Assembly (NCBI GenBank): GCA_002428635.1
Contig: DIXE01000025.1
Location: forward strand, 713 to 64,712
Length of the DNA stretch: 64,000 nucleotides
Direction: 5' to 3'
Source of the DNA: Bacteroidales bacterium UBA6088
GTDB lineage: Bacteria; Bacteroidota; Bacteroidia; Bacteroidales; UBA932
The notes under the pieces are model-generated. The model was not told the DNA's origin and searched no databases. It saw only the letters and a list, made by a program, of their open reading frames with translations. Within the stretch, counting starts at the first letter, position 1, and every line of letters starts with the position of its first letter. The position numbers and the translations under genes are program-made. Shown in pieces: positions 22,901 to 30,314 of the stretch.

Positions 22901-24154
22901 ATGGACATTTTTGAAAGATTAACCAACGACGAAGGCGGTCCGCTCGGACAATACAGAAAAAAAGCCCACGGATACTTTACATTTCCCAAACTGGAAGGCC
23001 AGATACAGCCCAGAATGATATTTAACGGAAAAGAGGTTCTTGCCTGGACATTCAACAACTATCTCGGACTTGCCAACCATCCGGAGGTAAGAAAAGCAGA
23101 TGCAGATGCTGCTGCAAAGTGGGGACTGGGTTACCCGATGGGCGCCAGAATGATGTCTGGGCACACAAAGCTTCACGAACAGCTTGAAAATGAGCTTGCA
23201 GAATTCGAACTTAAAGAGGATGCATATCTGTTCAATTACGGATATCAGGGTATGGTATCCACAATAGACGCCCTTGTAAACAGACACGACATAATTGTTT
23301 ATGACTCTGAGGCTCACGCCTGCATAATGGATGGAGTAAGGCTCCATATGGGACAGAGAATTGTATATCCACACAACAATATTGAGAAATGCGAGAAGTC
23401 ACTTGCAAGAGCAGCAAAGCTTGTAGAAGAGACCGGAGGAGGAATACTTCTGATTACAGAAGGTGTTTACGGAATGACAGGAGATCTCGGAATTCTTGAC
23501 AAGATTGTAGAGCTTAAGAAAAAATTCAGGTTCAGAATACTGATTGACGATGCACACGGATTCGGGGTTATGGGAGACAACGGCAGAGGTACTTCTGAAC
23601 ATTACGGAGTTATGGATGAAATAGATCTCTATTTCGGAGCTTTCGCAAAATCAATGGCTTCTATAGGCGGATTCGTTGCAGGCCCGTCATCAATAATCAA
23701 TTATCTTCGCTATAACCTTCGTTCCCAGATATATGCAAAATCACTGCCTATGGCTCTTGTAGAAGGAAACCTCAAGAGACTTGAGCTTATCCGTACACGC
23801 CCGGAACTTCGTGAAAAATTGTGGACCATAACAAGAGCTATGCAGGAGGGTCTCAGGAAGAGAGGATTCGACATCGGGAAAGCAGAAGCCTGTGTAACAC
23901 CTGTATTCCTTCAGGGAAATGTAGCCGAAGCCACAAATATTCTAATTGATCTGAGGGAGAACCACCGGATATTCTGTTCAGCAGTGATATATCCCGTAGT
24001 TCCAAAAGGTGTTATAATGTTCAGGATAATCCCTACCGCTATGCACTCTCTCGAAGATGTCGAGTATACTCTTAACGCCTTTGGCAAGATTGCCGAAAAC
24101 CTTAAGAAAGGTCTTTACAAGGCAGAGGAGATGCAGGACAAAGCCCTTGAATAA
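22901..24154 (+). CDS. PLP-dependent alpha-oxoamine synthase, most likely cysteate acyl-ACP transferase (SulA/CapB, sulfonolipid synthesis)
   Basis: AOS motifs NNYLGLA, GARMMSG, TEGVYGMTGD, DDAHG, FAKS. N-terminus MDIFERL...GGPLGQY..KAHGYFTFPKLEG and RSQIYAKSLP resemble the SulA/CapB clade as I recall it, rather than BioF, KBL or SPT. Confidence 0.72.
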   Translation: MDIFERLTNDEGGPLGQYRKKAHGYFTFPKLEGQIQPRMIFNGKEVLAWTFNNYLGLANHPEVRKADADAAAKWGLGYPMGARMMSGHTKLHEQLENELAEFELKEDAYLFNYGYQGMVSTIDALVNRHDIIVYDSEAHACIMDGVRLHMGQRIVYPHNNIEKCEKSLARAAKLVEETGGGILLITEGVYGMTGDLGILDKIVELKKKFRFRILIDDAHGFGVMGDNGRGTSEHYGVMDEIDLYFGAFAKSMASIGGFVAGPSSIINYLRYNLRSQIYAKSLPMALVEGNLKRLELIRTRPELREKLWTITRAMQEGLRKRGFDIGKAEACVTPVFLQGNVAEATNILIDLRENHRIFCSAVIYPVVPKGVIMFRIIPTAMHSLEDVEYTLNAFGKIAENLKKGLYKAEEMQDKALE

Positions 24155-24187
24155 TTATTTAAACTTAAATTTAGTTCTCCTGTAAGT

Positions 24188-24994
24188 ATGCTAAGAGACA
24201 AAGTGGTAATTATTACCGGGGCAAGTTCCGGTATAGGTCTTGCTGCAGCAAGGGAGTTTGCGTCGAGAGGGGCATATGTGGTACTTGCTGCCAGGAACAT
24301 TTCTAGACTAGCTGAAATTGAAAAGGAGTTATCAGAAATTACCCGTGTGCTTTCTGTAAAGTGCGACGTAACCCTGGAAGAAGAATGCAAACACCTGGTT
24401 GACAAGACAGTTGAAAAATTCGGAAAAATAGACTGTCTTGTCAATAATGCAGGCATCTCTATGAGAGCTCTTTTTAAAGATCTCGACCTCAAAGTAATAC
24501 GGGAACTTATGAATGTAAACTTTTGGGGAACTGTCCACTGCACCAAATATGCACTTCCCTGGCTTTTGAAAACACAGGGATCTCTGGTTGGTGTTATCTC
24601 AATTGCTGGCTTCAAAGGATTACCGGGCAGAACCGGTTACTCTGCATCCAAGTTTGCAATCTACGGATTTCTGGATACAATAAGAATAGAGCACCTTAAG
24701 GATAATCTTCACGTAATGATCTTTGCCCCCGGATTCACAGCATCCAATATCAGAGAAAAGGCCCTTGTATCAGATGGTTCAGAGCAAGGTGAAACCCCCA
24801 GAGACGAAGATAAAATGATGAGTGCTAGGAAGTGTGCGCGACATCTGGCAAACGGGGTGGAGAAGAGGAAGCGCCAGATAGTGCTGACATTTACAGGTAA
24901 ACTTCTGGTATTTCTCAATAAATTTTTCCCCGCTTTAGTTGACCGGCTTGAATATAATTTTATGAAAAAAGAGCCCGGATCTCCCCTCAAATAG
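24188..24994 (+). CDS. SDR oxidoreductase, probable 3-ketocapnine (3-dehydrocapnine) reductase
   Basis: TGASSGIG, NNAG, YSASK. Lies 33 bp downstream of the AOS gene, as for capC/sulB-type reductases. Confidence 0.65.
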   Translation: MLRDKVVIITGASSGIGLAAAREFASRGAYVVLAARNISRLAEIEKELSEITRVLSVKCDVTLEEECKHLVDKTVEKFGKIDCLVNNAGISMRALFKDLDLKVIRELMNVNFWGTVHCTKYALPWLLKTQGSLVGVISIAGFKGLPGRTGYSASKFAIYGFLDTIRIEHLKDNLHVMIFAPGFTASNIREKALVSDGSEQGETPRDEDKMMSARKCARHLANGVEKRKRQIVLTFTGKLLVFLNKFFPALVDRLEYNFMKKEPGSPLK

Positions 24995-25051
24995 GCAAAT
25001 CATTATCTTTTACTGATTTTTTCTAAAAATTGCTGGTCGAAGTATAAGATG

Positions 25052-25990
25052 CTATATTTGAGGCGATAATGATGCAATATTAGAGGCGATAATATCGACT
25101 AATCTTTTTCTGGCCTCTACACTGGCCCACCCAATGTGAGGAGTGAGCAATATCCTGTCTTTGTGCCTGATATGCAAATAGGGATGGTCTTGTTCAAATG
25201 GCTCGTTAACATACACATCCACACCGGCACCGGCAATTATTCCTTGATCGACAGCAAAGGCAAGATCCTGTTCGTTTACAATTCCACCTCTCCCCAAATT
25301 GATTAATATTGAGCTCTTTTTCATCCACCTCAGCTGCTCAATTGTTATAAGATTGTTTGTCCGCTCATTAAGAGGCGCGTGAATTGAAACAATATCTGAC
25401 CCCGAAAGCAGTTCTTTAAGTGAAACCGAAGGGTACTCCCCGCAATGGTTTGTTCCACTGGTAGAGTAATAGCTGACATCTGCCCCAAAGAGCCCGGAAA
25501 CCGAAGCAACCCTCTTTCCAATGTTTCCCATTCCAATTATTCCGAACCTCTTTCCGTTAATCTCACTAAAGGTCTCAATCACATTTGTGTAAATGTTACT
25601 TTTTGAATAGGACCCATCCTTTACATAACTGTCAAAATAATTGAGTTTGCCTGTGAGTCCGAGAATCAGTGTGAAAGTAAGCTGTAGAACACTCTCGGTA
25701 GAGTAACCAACAACATTTTTGACCGGAATGCCCCTTTTATGAGCATAATCAATGTCCACATTGTTTGTACCTGTGGCTGCAACACAAATAAGTTTAAGTT
25801 GAGGAGCAGAATCTATTGCAAATCTGTCCACCACCACCTTGTTGGTGATAATCACCTCTGCCTGAGCAACTCTCTCTCTAATCTGACCAGGTAAAGTCAC
25901 AGGCCATTTTGTAAGTTCTCCCAAAGCCTCTATGGGAGAAAGAGATACATCCTCCCCTACTGTTGCCGAATCAAGAAATACAATTTTCAT
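25052..25990 (-). CDS. D-2-hydroxyacid dehydrogenase (glycerate/hydroxypyruvate reductase-like)
   Basis: ATGTNNVD, GIIGMGNIG, HAPL, INLGRGGIVNE, DVYVNEP, TPHIGWAS. Confidence 0.88.
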   Translation of the reverse strand: MKIVFLDSATVGEDVSLSPIEALGELTKWPVTLPGQIRERVAQAEVIITNKVVVDRFAIDSAPQLKLICVAATGTNNVDIDYAHKRGIPVKNVVGYSTESVLQLTFTLILGLTGKLNYFDSYVKDGSYSKSNIYTNVIETFSEINGKRFGIIGMGNIGKRVASVSGLFGADVSYYSTSGTNHCGEYPSVSLKELLSGSDIVSIHAPLNERTNNLITIEQLRWMKKSSILINLGRGGIVNEQDLAFAVDQGIIAGAGVDVYVNEPFEQDHPYLHIRHKDRILLTPHIGWASVEARKRLVDIIASNIASLSPQI

Positions 25991-26065
25991 TTCAAAATTA
26001 ATGTTGATTTAACACAAACAAAAAAACCAAAATATTGTATTTCAATAATTTGGCTTTTCGTCTAG

Positions 26066-26149
26066 TGCCCAGAACAAGACTCGAACTTGCACACCGTAAC
26101 CGGCACTACCCCCTCAAAGTAGCGTGTCTACCAATTTCACCATCTGGGC
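26066..26149 (-). tRNA. tRNA-Leu(GAG)
   Basis: Acceptor GCCCAGA/TCTGGGC, anticodon arm CTACT-TTGAGGG-GGTAG, long variable arm, T-loop TTCGAGT. Confidence 0.93.
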
Positions 26150-26238
26150 TTGGCGGTGCAAAGATAACAGGATTTTTCATAGATTGAAAAAGTTTATAAA
26201 AAAATTGTAACTTAGCATAAATTATCTGATTCTAGAAT

Positions 26239-26805
26239 ATGAACGAAAATTTTAAAAAGCAGATTGCCCGCATTGATGATATTGTCGAAATCAGCAAAAT
26301 CTTGAGCAGCAGCACACAATTACTTGAGAGCATTTCAAAATACAAGAAGCATCCTTACGATCCTCAATTTTTTCGTGACGGATACAAGGTTCCTATGAAT
26401 TTCCATAAAAAAGGTGATACAATCTATCTTTTGGGAGATTATCACATCAAAAGCGAAGACAACAGTTCCTCAGTAGAGATATTATACGAAGCCATCAGAA
26501 TGGATATGGTGTGCAGTGCTCATCCCCTTACAAGAACAGGGCTGTTTTGCGGACTTGTCGAGGCTTGTTCGGTGAACAGGCTTGGGTTTGACATAACCTC
26601 AGACGCTGAGATTCCAGACAAGGAATTTCTTTTCAACGACAAGAATTCCTCAATTCTGATATCTGTAAACTCAGAGAAGGAGGGAAAATTTGTTGACTAT
26701 ATTTTCAAAAACGGCATCAGACTCACTCTGCTAGGCCACGTTACAAAAGGAGAGCTGAGGCTCGACGAACTATCATTCGGATTTATTGACCAGTTTCTGG
26801 AGTAA
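26239..26805 (+). CDS. Stand-alone AIR-synthase/PurL C-terminal-like domain protein
   Basis: KKGDTIYLLG, SAHPLTRTGLFCGLVEAC (cf. PurL SAHDxSxGGLxxxLxE), EFLF...ILISV and LLGHVTKG resemble the last PurM-like domain of PurL. Confidence 0.55.
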   Translation: MNENFKKQIARIDDIVEISKILSSSTQLLESISKYKKHPYDPQFFRDGYKVPMNFHKKGDTIYLLGDYHIKSEDNSSSVEILYEAIRMDMVCSAHPLTRTGLFCGLVEACSVNRLGFDITSDAEIPDKEFLFNDKNSSILISVNSEKEGKFVDYIFKNGIRLTLLGHVTKGELRLDELSFGFIDQFLE

Positions 26806-27515
26806 TGGTCCCACTGCACACCGGCAGAGATTCGATTGCCTCAATGTTCAACAGTATCTCCGCGAGGTATGATCTTTTAAATCATCTTCTCTCCTTTGGA
26901 GTTGACAGATTCTGGAGAAGAGCTGTTGTAAGGAGAATTCAGGCAGAAAAAGTAGTTAATGTACTTGATATTGCCTGTGGAACCGGAGATCTTACCATAG
27001 CTCTCTGGAAAAAGGGATTAAATGTTACAGGCGTTGATATTGCAGAAAAAATGGTCGAAATTGCCAAAAAAAAATCTTCGGTATTGAATATCAGTGAAAA
27101 AGCTGCTCCTCAGTACATTATTGCTCCGGCTGAGAGTCTTCCTTTTGGGCACAACAGCTATGACGCAGTTACAATCGGTTTTGGGATACGAAATTTTGAA
27201 GACAGAAAAAAGGCTCTGTCAGAAATAAAAAGAGTGCTTAGACCCGGCGGATTTCTTGCAGTTCTGGAATTTTCAACAGCCAGGAATCCCGTGTGGAGAA
27301 AAATTTTCTGTTTCTATTTTTTTAAGATCCTCCCAATTATTGGCAGGATAATATCTAATGATTCTCAGGCTTACAGATACTTACCTGAATCTGTAAGGAA
27401 ATTTCCAACCCCGGCGGAATTTTGTGAGGAGCTCAAAATATCCGGATTTGAAAAATTAAGTGCAATATCCAAAACAGGTGGTATTGCAGTAACATATTTT
27501 GGCTACAAAACTTGA
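26805..27515 (+). CDS. menG: Demethylmenaquinone methyltransferase (UbiE/MenG)
   Basis: MFNSISARYDLLNHLLSFGVDRFWR, LDIACGTGD, GFGIRN, YRYLPESV..FP. Confidence 0.93.
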   Translation: MVPLHTGRDSIASMFNSISARYDLLNHLLSFGVDRFWRRAVVRRIQAEKVVNVLDIACGTGDLTIALWKKGLNVTGVDIAEKMVEIAKKKSSVLNISEKAAPQYIIAPAESLPFGHNSYDAVTIGFGIRNFEDRKKALSEIKRVLRPGGFLAVLEFSTARNPVWRKIFCFYFFKILPIIGRIISNDSQAYRYLPESVRKFPTPAEFCEELKISGFEKLSAISKTGGIAVTYFGYKT

Positions 27516-28993
27516 ATATGACAGTGCACGAGAGCATAACACTGGGCTTTTATCTGGTATATTACATACTGGCCATAGTTGCATCTGCCAGGATAATATA
27601 CCAACGTCTGGATCCGGTCAAATCTCTCTCCTGGGTGGTTGTCATTCTCCTTTTACCATATCTGGGACTTATTGTCTATCTGCTCTTTGGACAAAACTTC
27701 AGAAAGACAAAGATATACAACAGAAAGGGGGTCCGGGATGAAAGATACAGAAGGTTTATGAGCAACAATCAGATGAAGCAGTTCAGATCATTCCCCGAAT
27801 CAATTCCCCGTGAGTTGCAGAAATATCTTAAAATGGTAATGCTGAACCTTAAGGGTAACGGAAGCATTGTGGGCCTCAATAGCGAAATTGAGCTCTTCTT
27901 CTCAGGCAGAGAAGCTCTTGATTCAATGTACGAATGTATCTCGTCTGCAAAGCGTCATATCCACCTGCAATCATATATAATTGTTGACGACACTACCGGA
28001 AAACTGTTCAGAGACCTTCTGATCAAGAAATCTGCCGAAGGAGTTGAAGTGAGGCTGATGTATGACGATGTGGGCTGCTTCAGCCTTAGTAAAAGCTTCA
28101 CCGACAAACTTAAGAATGCCGGAATTGAGGTGCTTAAATTCGCTCCTGTAAGGTTTCTGTCACCTACTTCCAAGATTAACTACAGGAATCACAGAAAAAT
28201 TCTGGTTGTAGACGGTGTGACAGGATTTCTGGGCGGTGTTAATATTGCTGACCGTTACTATCATGGCGGGAATTTTGAGGAGTGGAGAGATACTCACATA
28301 AAAATTTCAGGAGAATCTGTGCTTGCACTCCAGTCAAGTTTTCTTTTGGACAGGTATTTTGTGATAAAACAGCAGTTCAAGCGCAAAAAGAAATATTTTC
28401 CCGCTATAAGCCAGATGGACATAAAGCTCGAAGAGAGCAATGCAAAATACTATTCACAAATAATTACATCCGGCCCCGACAGCGATTGGGCAAGCATAAT
28501 GCAGTGTTATTTTCTGGCAATCTCCAACGCCAGGAAAAATGTATTTCTCATTACCCCCTATTTCACTCCTAACGAATCCCTGCTGAATGCATTAAAGATT
28601 GCAGCCCTCGGAGGAGTAGATGTGTCTATAATGATACCTGAAAAGAGCGACACAACTCTGGCCTACTGGAGCTCTATGTCCTATGCTACAGAACTGCTCG
28701 AGGCAGGAGTAAGGGTTTATCTTTTCAGAAAAGGCTTTAACCATTCAAAAGTTATAAGTATAGACGGTGAATTCTGCATCATTGGATCAGCAAATTTTGA
28801 CAACCGTTCTCTTGACCATAATTTTGAAATCACAAGCATAATTTATAGTAGCGAAGTAACATCAGAGGTTGACAGACAATTTATCAAAGACACTGAACGA
28901 TGCAAGTCCCTTGCCGGCTCAAAATGGGCCAGAAGAAGTGTCCGGAATAAAATTAAAGAGTCATTTGCCAGATTGTTGAGTCCTTTGCTGTAA
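27512..28993 (+). CDS. cls: Cardiolipin synthase
   Basis: N-terminal TM/PLD-N region, two HKD motifs (NHRKILVVD, NHSKVISID), GSANFD.RS. Confidence 0.95.
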   Translation: MNMTVHESITLGFYLVYYILAIVASARIIYQRLDPVKSLSWVVVILLLPYLGLIVYLLFGQNFRKTKIYNRKGVRDERYRRFMSNNQMKQFRSFPESIPRELQKYLKMVMLNLKGNGSIVGLNSEIELFFSGREALDSMYECISSAKRHIHLQSYIIVDDTTGKLFRDLLIKKSAEGVEVRLMYDDVGCFSLSKSFTDKLKNAGIEVLKFAPVRFLSPTSKINYRNHRKILVVDGVTGFLGGVNIADRYYHGGNFEEWRDTHIKISGESVLALQSSFLLDRYFVIKQQFKRKKKYFPAISQMDIKLEESNAKYYSQIITSGPDSDWASIMQCYFLAISNARKNVFLITPYFTPNESLLNALKIAALGGVDVSIMIPEKSDTTLAYWSSMSYATELLEAGVRVYLFRKGFNHSKVISIDGEFCIIGSANFDNRSLDHNFEITSIIYSSEVTSEVDRQFIKDTERCKSLAGSKWARRSVRNKIKESFARLLSPLL

Positions 28994-29013
28994 AAATATA
29001 CAACCCAGGGACA

Positions 29014-30249
29014 ATGCTAAAAAAAATTCTTCTGCTAACTCTTTCTGTAGTCTTAACAAATCACACTCTAAGTGCTTTCTTATTGCAGGCATCGCCGGAA
29101 GACACTCTCAATCTCTCCTGTAAAAAACCGGGAACTTTGATAAAATGTTTTGTTCCTTCAGCACCTTTTCTGCTTTCTGGTGTTATGTTGGTAAACAAAG
29201 GGAATAGTTTTCAATTGCTTAGAAATGAGTATGTCCCATCCTTCAGAACCTCTGCGGACGACTTTACTATGTTTGTTCCGTCTTTGATGATATTTGGACT
29301 TAAAGCGGCCGGAGTCAAGACTCAGAGCAGTTGGAGGTCTCTCTCTCTGAATTATATTATTTCGGCCTCAATAATGGGGACGATTACATTGGGATTGAAG
29401 AATTCCGTTTCCTCCAAACGTCCAGATTTTACGAACAATAAGAGCTTTGCCAGTGGTCACTCAGCGTTTTCGTTTATGGGAGCTCAAATTGTATCCAGAG
29501 AATACGGGAAAGATCACCCCTGGATAAGCATCGGAGCCTATGGATTCGCAACAGCTACAGCTCTGATGAGAGTCCTTAACAACAAACATTATTTTCAGGA
29601 TGTGCTTATGGGAGCCGGAATCGGTATCCTATCCGCAGAAGCAGGATACGCCACCGGAAGACTGATTCTTAAAGAGGGCAGGAAGGGAAAACCTGATTAC
29701 TGGATAGAGGAGGATAAGTTTAGTAAACCTTTGCTTAAGTTTTCAATGGTAACCGGCTTCAACAATGTGTTAAACAAGGTGCAATCCGGGAAATACACAA
29801 CTCTGAAAGTTAAGCAGGGTGTTACTTTTGGAGCAGAAACAGCCTACAATGTTTCGGAAAGATTTTCTGCAATTCTATCCGGTCACCTCAACAGCGCCCC
29901 TACTGTAATTGAAAGAGCACAGTTTTCAATAACAGGACCAGTACTTAGCTGGCAATCAGTTGTTTTTCAACCCGAATTTTCCTATGATGTTCACAGGAAC
30001 GGCTCTCTTGCAATTAGAGCCGGAGGCGGTTATGCCGGAGTGTCTCAAAGAGATTCATACAATTATTCAATATTATCTCTGTCAGGGCTTTCTCTGAACG
30101 CAGGCATAAATTATACTTATCGCCCGGACAGCCAGCTACAGTACAGATTATTCACAAGTTTTGAAGAGATCTTCTTAAAAAGTGACACAAAAAGCCTTAC
30201 ATCTCTAAGTTATGGTGCAGCAATCTCAATGTGCATTGGAAAGAGATAA
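29014..30249 (+). CDS. PAP2-family phosphatase fused to a C-terminal beta-strand-rich (outer-membrane-barrel-like) domain
   Basis: PAP2 motifs KNSVSSKRPD, SFASGHS, RVLNNKHYFQDV. The last ~190 aa show alternating aromatic/Gly strands (GVTFGAETAYNV, AIRAGGGYAG, LNAGINYTY). Confidence 0.72.
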   Translation: MLKKILLLTLSVVLTNHTLSAFLLQASPEDTLNLSCKKPGTLIKCFVPSAPFLLSGVMLVNKGNSFQLLRNEYVPSFRTSADDFTMFVPSLMIFGLKAAGVKTQSSWRSLSLNYIISASIMGTITLGLKNSVSSKRPDFTNNKSFASGHSAFSFMGAQIVSREYGKDHPWISIGAYGFATATALMRVLNNKHYFQDVLMGAGIGILSAEAGYATGRLILKEGRKGKPDYWIEEDKFSKPLLKFSMVTGFNNVLNKVQSGKYTTLKVKQGVTFGAETAYNVSERFSAILSGHLNSAPTVIERAQFSITGPVLSWQSVVFQPEFSYDVHRNGSLAIRAGGGYAGVSQRDSYNYSILSLSGLSLNAGINYTYRPDSQLQYRLFTSFEEIFLKSDTKSLTSLSYGAAISMCIGKR

Positions 30250-30314
30250 TTTTTTAAATCCTTTCTTCATTTATGGCTATATTTGTCTGCAAAGTACAAG
30301 AAACATAAAGAAAA

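Noticed and set aside
22901-24154. BioF or serine palmitoyltransferase as the main call
   Set aside because: No bio genes are adjacent. The N-terminus, the YAKS motif and the linked SDR fit the SulA/CapB clade better. SPT is not fully excluded without a phylogeny.
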